Below are positions 8,837-17,919 of a stretch of 64,000 nt of DNA, in pieces. The DNA is taken from positions 23,046 to 87,045 of the IMG/VR virus record IMGVR_UViG_2934390892_000001; one strand, written 5' to 3'. Under the pieces are notes generated by a model, which made no database searches, was not told the origin of the DNA, and was given only the letters and a program-made list of their open reading frames with translations. The translations under genes were made by a program, and so were the position numbers. Source of the DNA: a virus. Its lineage: Duplodnaviria > Caudoviricetes. The first letter of the stretch is position 1. Every line of letters starts with the position of its first letter.

Positions 8837-9347
8837 CCCCATCCCAGCGGAAGCTGTACAGGCCGTTGAGGCGGTGTTGGCCGCACTGCCGGAGCTTGTC
8901 CGTGAGGTCCGGCGCGCTCGCGGACTGTCGCTGCGGGCCGCAGGCGACCAGGCCGGATGCGGCTTCAACACCCTGTCCCGCGTCGAGCGGGGCATGGACT
9001 GCTCACTCTCCAGCACCCTCGCAATCTTGCGGTGGATCACCCGCAACCAGGAGAAAACCATGCCCGACCAGCCCAACCCCTACCGCGAACGGGCCTACCT
9101 CGTCGCGCATCTGGCGGCCCAGTACTTCTCGGCGATCACCTACAACGATCCGAATGAACCGGACTGGCCCGTCATCTACATCGAGACTCCGGCGGGTCAA
9201 CTGTCGTGGCATCTGAGCCCGGACGACCTCGACCTGTTCGACCATGTGCTCAGGGTCACCCCGGACTCGATCACGTGGGACGGCCATAGCACGGAGGAGA
9301 AGTACCAGCGGCTCGCCAAACTCACGGCCAAGGCGACCGATGCCTGA
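8829..9347 (+). CDS. XRE HTH fused in frame to a second phage protein (internal RBS and ATG at 9060)
   Basis: HTH paralogous to 689-931; CAGGAG-N6-ATG at 9060 begins YRERAYLVAHLA...GQLSWH...WDGHSTEEKY. Confidence 0.75.
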   Translation: MPDPIPAEAVQAVEAVLAALPELVREVRRARGLSLRAAGDQAGCGFNTLSRVERGMDCSLSSTLAILRWITRNQEKTMPDQPNPYRERAYLVAHLAAQYFSAITYNDPNEPDWPVIYIETPAGQLSWHLSPDDLDLFDHVLRVTPDSITWDGHSTEEKYQRLAKLTAKATDA

Positions 9348-9810
9348 CCTTCCCGAGGAAGCCCGCCAGTCCGCCTTTGAGACTTCCTTTGAGGGAACCG
9401 ACACGGTGTCGGTTCCCTCAAAGGACGCCATCCATCAGGAAGCCGTACAGGCCGCAGTCGAGGCGCTGGGCGCCCATCCGTGGAACAGCTACCCGCACGC
9501 CGCCCACCGTGAGCACAACTTCGACTCGGCGTGCATGGTGTGCAGAGCCGACTTGGAGCCGATCGCTCGCGTCATCCTGGAGGCTGCTGCTCCTGCCATC
9601 ACCGCCCAGGTACTGCGGGGCCTCCTCGCCGCCGCCAAGTCGTGCACGATATGCGGCGAGATCCACCAGCGGCGCCCTGCCACACGCGACGACGGGATCT
9701 CCTACATGTCGTGGGGTCACCCAGAGGACGGCCACGCCTACTTCCAGGCGTCACAGGAGGCTGCCGCATGGCTCGCCCGCCAGATAGGAGAAGCCCGTGA
9801 CACCCGCTGA
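9340..9810 (+). CDS. Hypothetical phage protein containing a 41-bp palindrome
   Basis: ATGCCTGA overlap; CMVC and CTICG motifs. Confidence 0.6.
   Translation: MPDLPEEARQSAFETSFEGTDTVSVPSKDAIHQEAVQAAVEALGAHPWNSYPHAAHREHNFDSACMVCRADLEPIARVILEAAAPAITAQVLRGLLAAAKSCTICGEIHQRRPATRDDGISYMSWGHPEDGHAYFQASQEAAAWLARQIGEARDTR
9385..9425. repeat. Perfect 20-bp inverted repeat with a 1-nt centre
   Basis: TCCTTTGAGGGAACCGACAC-G-GTGTCGGTTCCCTCAAAGGA. Confidence 0.95.
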
Positions 9811-10075
9811 GCTGATCGAGACGGCGCTCCGCGAGCAGATGCGCGTGTGCGCTGGTGTCCCCATGTCCGGGAGTGAGGCAGAGGACGCGGCCAGGATCGC
9901 CGTAGACGCCCTCGCGGGAGCGGGCAAGGTGGTCGTCCCTGCCGCGTACATCCCCGTCGCCTTGACGAGTCCAGTCGAACTCACCAGCGCGCAGGACTTG
10001 CGTGACCACATCCACGCCAGAGACGAGCTGCTCGCCGCTGCTCGCGCCGTCCTTGCCCGAGGAGGTTGCCCATGA
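9797..10075 (+). CDS. Hypothetical protein
   Basis: AGGAG RBS, GTG start. Confidence 0.6.
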   Translation: MTPAELIETALREQMRVCAGVPMSGSEAEDAARIAVDALAGAGKVVVPAAYIPVALTSPVELTSAQDLRDHIHARDELLAAARAVLARGGCP

Positions 10076-10368
10076 CTCCCGTTGAGTTGATCGCCCTGTC
10101 CGGCTGTAGCCGACCCGAGGCCGGGCGAGCCTGCTCGATCTGCATCGGCGCTGCCGAGGCGCACGTGCACGCCGTCGAGAGTGCAGGACTGGTCGTCGTC
10201 TCCGCCGAGTTGCTCGACGCCCTCACCGACCCGGACGAGTGCTGGTTCGACCATCACGGCGGCTGCCAAGCCCATGGCTACCTGTCGCTGGAACCTGGCG
10301 AGCGCTGCCCCCAGGCCGAAGCTCGGGAACTGCTCGCCGCCCTACCCGAGAGGACCGAGAATGTCTGA
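10072..10368 (+). CDS. Hypothetical protein
   Basis: DPDECWFDHHGGCQAHG...CP motif seen in actinophage early genes. Confidence 0.65.
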   Translation: MTPVELIALSGCSRPEAGRACSICIGAAEAHVHAVESAGLVVVSAELLDALTDPDECWFDHHGGCQAHGYLSLEPGERCPQAEARELLAALPERTENV

Positions 10369-10630
10369 CCACGTGACCGTCACTGTGGATGAGACGGAGG
10401 GCAGCGCGTTTGCCCGCATTCGCCGCATCGCCGTGGGTGCCGCTAACGGCTGGACGCTCGGACCCAACGGCCCCTACCGCAAGCCAGGCATGGCGGGGGC
10501 CGACATTGCACACGGACAGGTCCGTGCGGCACTACTCCACCTACTGGAACTCGGTCTCATCACCATCGACGAACAGCGCCTCAACGAGATGCGCATGTAC
10601 CAGCCCTGGAGGGATGAAGACCGTGGCTGA
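10361..10630 (+). CDS. Hypothetical protein
   Basis: GAGG RBS, ATGTCTGA overlap. Confidence 0.6.
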   Translation: MSDHVTVTVDETEGSAFARIRRIAVGAANGWTLGPNGPYRKPGMAGADIAHGQVRAALLHLLELGLITIDEQRLNEMRMYQPWRDEDRG

Positions 10631-10997
10631 AGACCTCCGCCAGCGCTACGCCGAAGCGCTTCGTACCGCAGCCGACTACGCGATCGTGGGGGAGGCGTCA
10701 GCCACGTCGAAGATGCTGGACGCCGTCATGGCCGTACGAGATGAGGAACTGGAACGGCTCCGCCTCATCGCCAAGGTCAACTACGGGCTGTACCGCTCCG
10801 CCCACGAAGAGGCGGAGATTGCCGCAGCCACCATCGCCCGAGTCCGTCGCCTCAGGGACGTGTACGAGCAGAACGCCCGCACCATAGAGGGTGTGGCAGG
10901 GCGGAACTTCTTCGAGCTGTTCGTTGAGGAGTTGGATGCGGTCCTCGACCCTCCATCCGGCCTGCCGACCGAGAAGGAGACTGGGCGCCATGCCGGA
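10623..10997 (+). CDS. Hypothetical coiled-coil protein; expected stop absent, so the frame stays open to 12035
   Basis: DLRQRYAEAL...DAVMAVRDEELERLR motif; end coordinate is inferred from ATGCCGGA standing where ATGCCTGA occurs at other junctions. Confidence 0.45.
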
Positions 10998-11108
10998 CAC
11001 TGGCGGAGTCCTGGACGCCATCGACTCGGCTGTACGCGACTACAGCGTGAGCTCAGACGCGAATGCGTCGCCCGGATCCGCAATGGGAATGGGCCCGGAG
11101 GAAGCCCA

Positions 11109-12035
11109 GTGAGCCAATTCCATGCACGAATTTGCAAGATCGAGGGGTGCCCGGAAACCATCAGGGCCAAGGGGTTTTGCCCGTTCCACTATCAGCGGCA
11201 CCTCAGCGGTGTTGCCATGGACGCCCGACGAGTCATCTCGCGCGACGGCCCGTGCCTGGTCGACGGATGCGAGCGTCCACGGAGGTCGCGCGGTCTCTGC
11301 GGACCCCACTACAACCGGGGAATCACCCGCACCGAGTGTCCCGCCTGCGGTGGCACCATGAAAAGGACCAGCGGCGTCTGCGACCCATGTCGCCGCGCTG
11401 CCATAGCGGCACAGTTGCCCACTGAGAAGACATGCCGCCAGTGCGAACGCACGCTGTCGATGGATGCGTTCGGGCTCAGGAAGGCAGCCGAAGGCGCTGC
11501 GAAGTGGAGATCGCGGTGCAGGGAGTGCGAGGCTGCCGACATCCGGCTGCGCCCAAAGAATGCCCACCGTGACCGATCGAAGGAGCGGCTCTCCACCCCG
11601 TATCTCGGCCTGCGGGCCTACGCCAAGAAGCTCGGCATTCCATGGGTCGAGGTCGTTGAGAGGTACCCGGCCGACAACAGATGCGAGGTGTGCCGACGCA
11701 CTCCCGAAGAAGCCAACCCCGGCGGCCGGTACGTGCGACTCTCGCTCGATCATTGCCATGAGACGGGCGCCCTTCGAGGTTTCCTGTGCGGCCCGTGCAA
11801 CAGCGGCATTGGCTACCTCGGCGATGCACCTGAGCGTCTGAAGACTGCACTGGCCTACCTGCTCAAGGAGTCGCCTCAGCACCCCCCAGAAGCCCCCTCC
11901 CTCTCCCCCCACCGTGCTCTCGGACTCGGCCCGGATTGCGCTTCTAAGCTCGGCCTCACCCCGCGCCGGCCGCTCCGCATCACCGGAGTCCCCGCGGGGT
12001 GGGACTGTGCCGGGCAAACCGACCTACTGGAGTGA
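11109..12035 (+). CDS. Endonuclease VII-type HNH nuclease with N-terminal Zn-finger repeats and a DUF6011-like tail
   Basis: CxIxGC...KGFCxxHY twice, KTCRQC...CREC, CEVC...LSLDHCHETGALRGFLCGPCNSGIG. Confidence 0.85.
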   Translation: MSQFHARICKIEGCPETIRAKGFCPFHYQRHLSGVAMDARRVISRDGPCLVDGCERPRRSRGLCGPHYNRGITRTECPACGGTMKRTSGVCDPCRRAAIAAQLPTEKTCRQCERTLSMDAFGLRKAAEGAAKWRSRCRECEAADIRLRPKNAHRDRSKERLSTPYLGLRAYAKKLGIPWVEVVERYPADNRCEVCRRTPEEANPGGRYVRLSLDHCHETGALRGFLCGPCNSGIGYLGDAPERLKTALAYLLKESPQHPPEAPSLSPHRALGLGPDCASKLGLTPRRPLRITGVPAGWDCAGQTDLLE

Positions 12036-12038
12036 CCG

Positions 12039-12242
12039 ATGGATGAGATGCTCGCCTTCCTCCGGTGCCGTCTGGCTGAGGAGGCGCAGACGGAACGGGC
12101 GGCGCCCAAGCGCCGGCTATTCACCCGCATCACCGCTTCCGATGACCTGATTCGAGAAGACGAGACCCACGGCCGCCTCCTCCGTCACCTTGCGGCCGAG
12201 TACGCCAATCACCGGGCCTACCGCGAGGAGTGGCGCCCATGA
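12039..12242 (+). CDS. Short DUF6221-like protein
   Basis: AFLR.RLAEE...LRHLAAEYANH.AYREEWRP. Confidence 0.75.
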   Translation: MDEMLAFLRCRLAEEAQTERAAPKRRLFTRITASDDLIREDETHGRLLRHLAAEYANHRAYREEWRP

Positions 12243-12329
12243 ACGCCGACCAGACCGACGTGGACCGCAAGGCACCGGAAGCGGCGTTTGCCCAGTGAGA
12301 CTGACTCTTCGCACCTACAGTGATGGCTC

Positions 12330-12899
12330 GTGACCGAAGCGCTCCTCGTCGCCTACGTCGGCGTCGGAGGCACCCTCACCGCGACGATCGTCACCTTCGT
12401 CGGCACCGGCCTTCAGCAGTGGCGGCGAAACCGGGCAGACGACCGCAAGGCAAGAGAGCAGGCCATCTCCGAGATACTCACCGCCGCGGTGATGCTGGCT
12501 ACCAGCGTGCAGGCGTACCGAACCGCGTGGGTGGACCATTCGTGGCTACGCACCGGGGGTATGCGCCTGCTCACGATTTTCCCGCTCGGGCAGCGGACCC
12601 CAGGCTGGCAGGGTCGCATCGCCGAAGTCGCGCGAGTTGGCGAGCAAGACAAGCGCGCCCTGGTGGCCGACTACCACCAGGTGCTCATGCCGAAAATGGA
12701 ACGAACTGTACGGGCGCTCAGCGACGTCAGCCTGTGGCGTGACCGCAGATCGCGGCGCATCGTAGAGCGCGCCCGCAACCTCGCGGAGGTAGCCGGCGAA
12801 CTCGTCGAAGCTACCGGGGCCAAAGACCATCGCTACCGGCAGAAGCGGTCCGCGTTCGAGCGGTCCCTGGAAGAGTTCCGCGCTGCGGTTGATCGCTGA
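12330..12899 (+). CDS. Membrane-anchored hypothetical protein (moron-like)
   Basis: N-terminal hydrophobic helix; TACAGT -10-like hexamer just upstream. Confidence 0.65.
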   Translation: MTEALLVAYVGVGGTLTATIVTFVGTGLQQWRRNRADDRKAREQAISEILTAAVMLATSVQAYRTAWVDHSWLRTGGMRLLTIFPLGQRTPGWQGRIAEVARVGEQDKRALVADYHQVLMPKMERTVRALSDVSLWRDRRSRRIVERARNLAEVAGELVEATGAKDHRYRQKRSAFERSLEEFRAAVDR

Positions 12900-13228
12900 C
12901 CTGCGGCGGTTCTGCGATAATGGGCGAATCGTGTCCGAATCCCTTGCTCTCATCTCCCGCCATCCCCGCCTGTCCGGTGTCGAGCTACACCGTGGCCCGC
13001 GCTCGGGTGAGTCATACCTGCTCGCGGTCGGCGTCTGCCTCTCCGGCGACCAGCTCGTCGATCTGGGGGAGTGGCTGGCTGAACGAGGCCGGGAACACAC
13101 GAGCCCGCCCGAGCGCTAGAAACGCGAAAGCGGCCTCCCGCCCGCCAGCGAGAGACCGCCCACAACCCCTCCAGACCCCACAGCCACTCAGTAGGTCTTC
13201 CCAAAGCGTACTTCCGGGGGAGACCGAA

Positions 13229-13915
13229 ATGTCCCAACGCACGTACGAGCACCTCGCCGCTCTACGAGACGCCCTCCAATACCTCAACGACGCGCTGGTG
13301 CCAGGCACCCCGCGACGGTGGGCGGAACGTGACCTCACCGCGGAGCAGCGGGCCAGCATGGACCGGCGTGCGGTCGAGGAGCGGGAAGCCAAGCTCGTCA
13401 ACCTGGCCAGCGGAATCAAAGCGCTGGGCGACGGTAGGGCGCCGCTGAGGCTGGATGTGCTGGACATCATGGCGGACATCGCCGTGTCGCTCCCCGACCT
13501 GGAAGAGGCCGTGTGCGAGCAGCTCGGCCTCACCCCGCTTGAAAGGGCGACCACCGCAGAGCGCATCCTGCGCTTGGTCAACCTGCTCGACCGGATCGAC
13601 CTGTACGAGGACCTCGCCGAACACGTCCACGCCGAGGCGCTCCGGTTGCGCTGGCAGGTGGCAAAGGCGATCGGCGACGTGGAGCAGATCCGCAAGCTGA
13701 AGTTCCGCTGCCACATCTGCGACGCCAACTCGATGCGGGCATTCCCCGAACGGGAGCTGATCATCTGCGTCAACGGCGACTGCCGGTGCAACGCCGACGA
13801 CTGCCCTTGCCAGTGGGAACGGCCCGTCCGGCACCGGTGGACATTCAACGAGTGGCCGTGGCTGGCCACCCTGCTGGACGAGGGGATCGGCGACGCCGAG
13901 GGTGTGGCGTCGTGA
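13229..13915 (+). CDS. Putative late-gene regulator with Zn ribbon
   Basis: APLRLDVLD...RCHICD...IC.N.DC; last early gene before the structural block. Confidence 0.6.
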   Translation: MSQRTYEHLAALRDALQYLNDALVPGTPRRWAERDLTAEQRASMDRRAVEEREAKLVNLASGIKALGDGRAPLRLDVLDIMADIAVSLPDLEEAVCEQLGLTPLERATTAERILRLVNLLDRIDLYEDLAEHVHAEALRLRWQVAKAIGDVEQIRKLKFRCHICDANSMRAFPERELIICVNGDCRCNADDCPCQWERPVRHRWTFNEWPWLATLLDEGIGDAEGVAS

Positions 13916-14142
13916 ACGGCCTCCAGGCCGGCGGAGACATCTTCGACGAGGAGTTGTTCACCGCCGAAGAGGCCGCTGCGGAGGTCGGGATGAAGCCGCA
14001 GACCATCTACGTGTGGGTGAGCCGCGGCCACCTCCGCCCGGCTGGGACGCGCGGCAAGTACAAACTGTTCCGGCTCGCAGACGTGTTCAGGGCGGAGGCG
14101 ACACGCGACCGAAAGAGGCGCAAACGAGCGGTCGCGTGCTAG
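13912..14142 (+). CDS. MerR/HTH_17-like DNA-binding protein
   Basis: TAEEAAAEVGMKPQTIYVWVSRGHL...FRLADV. Confidence 0.85.
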   Translation: MNGLQAGGDIFDEELFTAEEAAAEVGMKPQTIYVWVSRGHLRPAGTRGKYKLFRLADVFRAEATRDRKRRKRAVAC

Positions 14143-14177
14143 ATTGCCCACTGAGAGATCAAATGGTGCGCGTGAGC

Positions 14178-14217
14178 CATGCCTGAAAGCCCGGCCAATG
14201 GTCGGGGTTTTCGCATG
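14178..14217. terminator. Hairpin at the early/late boundary
   Basis: GAAAGCCCGGCC-AAT-GGTCGGGGTTTTC. Confidence 0.6.
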
Positions 14218-14532
14218 TCAGGGCTCCTCTGCGGCGCCTGAGATCCCGGGTTCCCTCGCGTCGGGCCGCGGCCGTACCGATCCCTTCCGGTATCCGTACC
14301 AGCCCGTGTACTCCCTCGTCGGATAGCCGCGCCACGAGATCTGGCATTCGAGGCCGAGCACGCCCTGATGCCAAGCTTCCAGCACGGCCGGCCGCCAGGT
14401 GCCGTCGTCGCACAACACTTCGATCATCTTGCGGACGAACCGCTGCGGTCCCGCCTCGTCGAGCGTCGCCGACCGCAGCATCGGGCGCGGGTCTTGATGC
14501 CACATCGTGCACATGCCGCGTCCTGGAACCAT
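14218..14532 (-). CDS. Small hypothetical protein, probably leaderless and LexA-controlled
   Basis: GAGAAT-N6-ATG; EV..DGTWRPAVLEAW; start uncertain. Confidence 0.5.
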   Translation of the reverse strand: MVPGRGMCTMWHQDPRPMLRSATLDEAGPQRFVRKMIEVLCDDGTWRPAVLEAWHQGVLGLECQISWRGYPTREYTGWYGYRKGSVRPRPDAREPGISGAAEEP

Positions 14533-14542
14533 CCCACCATTC

Positions 14543-14558
14543 TCGTACAACCGTTCGA
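14543..14558. promoter_or_regulatory. LexA (SOS) box-like site
   Basis: TCGTAC-AACC-GTTCGA, one mismatch to the actinobacterial TCGAAC-N4-GTTCGA. Confidence 0.6.
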
Positions 14559-14580
14559 CTGATCGCCAGGAGTGTGCCCC

Positions 14581-15159
14581 ATGCCCGCCGTCGAGCTCGC
14601 ACGCGCCACCACTCACTGGCTGATCGACAGGTTCGACGCCGACCAGACCGCGTGGGTACAGCGCCGCTCCCGCCTGGCCGCCCCTTGCGCAGCTGACTTC
14701 GCCCGCTTTGGCGTCCTGCCGTACGAGACGACCGAAGTCCACGGAAACCTGGTCACCACCGCAGGGCTCTCCCGCCTGACCTCGCTTCTGATCGCAGGCG
14801 GCGGGCAGGCCATCACCAACACCAGCGCCCGGATCGGCGTCGGAAACGCCACCAGCCCCGCCGCCGCGGTCGGCGACACCAACCTGTCCGCCTCCGCCGG
14901 CTCCGCCAACCGCTGGTTCCAGATCATGGACGCCTCCTACCCGCAGGTCAGCGCGGGCGTACTCACGCTGAAGGCGACCCTCGGCACTGCCGACGGCAAT
15001 TTTGCTTGGAATGAGTTCGGGATCGACATCGGCACCCCCACCGTCGCCAGCGGCGCCACCGTCAACGCCACCTTGTTCAACCACAAGACGTCGATCGCCC
15101 AGGGCACGAAGGTGGCTGGCCAAACCTGGGCAGCTACAGCAACCTGCACATTCTCCTAA
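14581..15159 (+). CDS. Virion structural protein (fibre subunit-like, module A)
   Basis: NLVTTAG...IGVGN...GDTNL...NFAWNEFGI...LFNHK...GTK; beta-rich composition. Confidence 0.6.
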   Translation: MPAVELARATTHWLIDRFDADQTAWVQRRSRLAAPCAADFARFGVLPYETTEVHGNLVTTAGLSRLTSLLIAGGGQAITNTSARIGVGNATSPAAAVGDTNLSASAGSANRWFQIMDASYPQVSAGVLTLKATLGTADGNFAWNEFGIDIGTPTVASGATVNATLFNHKTSIAQGTKVAGQTWAATATCTFS

Positions 15160-15195
15160 ATGATCACGGACGCTGCCCGCGCCCGGAGGTAGCCG

Positions 15196-16392
15196 ATGCC
15201 ACCCGTACGCGGCACATCTCAAGCGAGCCAAGGCGGCGCCGGCGCATCGTTTGCGTGTAACAAGCCCTCAGGCACCGTGTCCGGCGACCTGCTGCTCGCC
15301 TGGCACTCCGCGGACATTGGCGCCCTCGCAAGCATGTCCATCACCGCGAGCGGCACCGCATGGAGCACGCTGACCACCGCTGGCGTGGACGGGACCAACC
15401 CCGGGAAGCTGTACTGGAAGATAGCGGGTGGCAGCGAGCCGGCGTCCTACACCTTCAACCAGGACTCCGGCGCCGACGCCGCCGCGACGATGATCGCTGT
15501 CCAGGACGGCAGCACGAGCACACCGGTCTTCGCCACTGGTACGGGCGGCACAGGAACCAGTATCCAAACCCCGTCCACAACTCCCGGCGGAACGACTGAT
15601 CTCGATGTGAGGTTCGTTTCCGCGTCGGGCGCTCTCGGCACGTCCGAGTCGCTCACACCCCCTGCCACATACACCGAGTTCGCCGACATCGGCTCCCGCC
15701 AGTTCGTCTACGTGTCTGGCGCGTACAAGGTCCTGTCGTCGGGGTCCGCGACCGGGACGCAAAACTTCACGATCACGACGTCGCCGACAAGCCGCCGCGG
15801 CGTCACGGTGACCATCACGTCCGGGTCAACCGGGAAAGACCTGACCGAGACCGGCTCGTCTGCAGACGACGTCACTGTCACGGCAGATACAACCCTGGCC
15901 GAAACCGGATCCCTATCCGACACCCTTCAAGCCTCGGTGGACGCCAGTCTCGCCGAGGCCGTCACTGCCGCAGATGATCTGACCGTCCAAGCGTCCGCCG
16001 TCCTCACCGACACCATTGTCGGCGCCGACGATGTGGGCGGCGGCGTCCCGATCGACCTCACTGACGCCGCGACCGCAGTCGACGACCTGACCACCCTGGT
16101 GACGCCGATCCTGGACGATCCGGTCGCAGCCGTCGACGCGCTGGCCGTCGTCGCTACAGCCGGGCTGGATGACAGCGTCTCGGCAGCCGACGCCCTTTTG
16201 GCAGCGGAGATCTTCCCGAAGTCGCTGAGCGAAACCGTGTCGGCAGCCGACGGGCTTGCCGTCCTCGTGCTGCAGGACATCACCGTCACCCCCGGTACGC
16301 CACACCGCGGGTGGGGATCCCGTCAGCCGGAGAGCTCCTGGTCGGCAAACTCCTCGCGTCGTGGTTGGTCCGCCCGCCCGCCCACCACCTGA
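15196..16392 (+). CDS. Fibre/adhesin-like protein: beta domain, eight ~18-aa acidic repeats, Trp-spaced tail
   Basis: KPSGTVSGDLLLA head; L(T/A/D)(E/D)xxxxxD repeats; terminal W-x8-W-x8-W. Confidence 0.65.
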   Translation: MPPVRGTSQASQGGAGASFACNKPSGTVSGDLLLAWHSADIGALASMSITASGTAWSTLTTAGVDGTNPGKLYWKIAGGSEPASYTFNQDSGADAAATMIAVQDGSTSTPVFATGTGGTGTSIQTPSTTPGGTTDLDVRFVSASGALGTSESLTPPATYTEFADIGSRQFVYVSGAYKVLSSGSATGTQNFTITTSPTSRRGVTVTITSGSTGKDLTETGSSADDVTVTADTTLAETGSLSDTLQASVDASLAEAVTAADDLTVQASAVLTDTIVGADDVGGGVPIDLTDAATAVDDLTTLVTPILDDPVAAVDALAVVATAGLDDSVSAADALLAAEIFPKSLSETVSAADGLAVLVLQDITVTPGTPHRGWGSRQPESSWSANSSRRGWSARPPTT

Positions 16393-16408
16393 CCCGGGGG
16401 AGGCGCGG

Positions 16409-16699
16409 ATGACGGCACTGAAGATCCCCAGCCTGTCGGTTGAGTACGTGAAGGTGCCCGTCACCGGGCCGTCCAACCTCACCTCGCTCACGGTGCAGAT
16501 GGCGATCGTCCCCGCCGGCCAAGACCCCACCAGCCCCGACTGGCAGTCCGCGCAGTGGATCGGCACAGACGCCGCCGTCCTCATCGGGCCAGCCACCGCG
16601 CTCGTGCTGGCGAAGGGCGTCACGTACGGGATCTGGGTGAAGATCACCGCCGCCCCCGAGGTCCCTGTCCTCGGACCGTACGGCCTCCACATCACCTGA
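16409..16699 (+). CDS. Small Ig-like adaptor protein (module A)
   Basis: PSLSVEYVKVPV...DWQSAQW...LIGP; paralog of 19273-19557. Confidence 0.65.
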   Translation: MTALKIPSLSVEYVKVPVTGPSNLTSLTVQMAIVPAGQDPTSPDWQSAQWIGTDAAVLIGPATALVLAKGVTYGIWVKITAAPEVPVLGPYGLHIT

Positions 16700-16729
16700 G
16701 CCGATCTGCACGAAAGGAAGGCGCGCCCG

Positions 16730-17140
16730 ATGACGCTCCGCATCTCCAACGCCGCCCGCAGCGCCCTCGCCGACGCCCTCCGAATCCTGCCCGACGCCGG
16801 GTCCGGCGCGGGAAAGATCCGGGTGTACACCGCCTCCCAGCCGGCTGGACCCGACACCGCTGTGGGCGCGCAGACGTTGCTCGCCGAGTTCACATTGGCG
16901 GACCCCTCGTTCGGTGCCGCCTCGAATGGTGTGATCACGATGGCCAGCACGCCGCGCACCACGACTGGGCTCGCAGCCGGGACGGCAGCCTGGTTCCGGA
17001 TGCTCGACTCCAACAACGTGGCCATCGCCGACGGCGCAGTGAGCACGTCCGGCGCGGAACTGAATCTCAACACCACCACGATCTCGGTCGGGGTGAACGT
17101 CGAGATCACTTCCGGCACCATCACCATGCCGGCGACGTAG
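16730..17140 (+). CDS. Virion structural protein (fibre subunit-like, module B)
   Basis: KIRVYT..QP..D...LLAEF.L...AGTA.WFR...DG.V...L.L.TT.I; AAGGAAGG RBS. Confidence 0.65.
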   Translation: MTLRISNAARSALADALRILPDAGSGAGKIRVYTASQPAGPDTAVGAQTLLAEFTLADPSFGAASNGVITMASTPRTTTGLAAGTAAWFRMLDSNNVAIADGAVSTSGAELNLNTTTISVGVNVEITSGTITMPAT

Positions 17141-17143
17141 CCG

Positions 17144-17404
17144 ATGGTTGCGCTGGATGAGACGAACCGGGCCAGAGCGTGGGCGCAGTGGATGCGCGAC
17201 AACCCTGAAGCCTGCGGATTTACGAAAGCCGACCTACGTGCCGCGTTGGACGCGACTGACTCGTGGATCGACGGCAACAGCGCGGCATTCAACGCCGCGT
17301 TGCCGCAGCCGTTCCGCGGAGCCGCTACCCCGGCACAGAAGACGCTCCTGTTCTGCTACGTGGCGATGCGCCGCCACGGCCTGCTGAAGGCCGAGGAGGA
17401 CTGA
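17144..17404 (+). CDS. Hypothetical protein
   Basis: TKADLRAALDATDSWID...FNAALPQP. Confidence 0.65.
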   Translation: MVALDETNRARAWAQWMRDNPEACGFTKADLRAALDATDSWIDGNSAAFNAALPQPFRGAATPAQKTLLFCYVAMRRHGLLKAEED

Positions 17405-17907
17405 TGGCGACCGTCCGGCAGCCGATCAGCCCTGAAGAGGCTCAGGTCGCAACGTCCGCGTTCCCGCAGTACATCAAGACCAACGGCACGAACTTTCCCG
17501 TCACCGGCTTGGCTTACGACGCTGCCAGCACGGAGAGCGCCTACTTCAAGCGTCGCCTCGCCGGTTACGGCAGCGGCAACATCACCCTGAACGTCACCTG
17601 GTACGCCGACACTGCTTCGTCCGGGGTTGTGCGCTGGTCCGCTGCGGTGGCGTGCATCACGCCCAACGCGGACAGCCAGGACGTAGAGACGAAGGCCTTC
17701 GCCACCTCGACAGACACCGACGACACCCACCTCGGCACGACCGGGCAGCGCGTCCACGGCCACGACATCGTCATCACCAACACCGACTCGGCCGCCGCAG
17801 GAGACCTGGTGTGGATCCGGCTGCAGCGGCTCGGAGGCCACGCCAACGACACCCTCGCAGGAGACGCGATCGTCCTGGACGCCGAACTGTCCTACAGCGA
17901 CACGTAG
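17404..17907 (+). CDS. Beta-sandwich structural protein
   Basis: GAGGAGG RBS; AAGDLVWIRLQR...DTLAGDA. Confidence 0.65.
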   Translation: MATVRQPISPEEAQVATSAFPQYIKTNGTNFPVTGLAYDAASTESAYFKRRLAGYGSGNITLNVTWYADTASSGVVRWSAAVACITPNADSQDVETKAFATSTDTDDTHLGTTGQRVHGHDIVITNTDSAAAGDLVWIRLQRLGGHANDTLAGDAIVLDAELSYSDT

Positions 17908-17919
17908 GAGGAGGCTGCG

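Noticed and set aside
10389-12035. Single 548-aa protein as listed in the ORF track
   Set aside because: The first part overlaps another gene, and internal RBS/start sites at 10623 and 11109 indicate separate units
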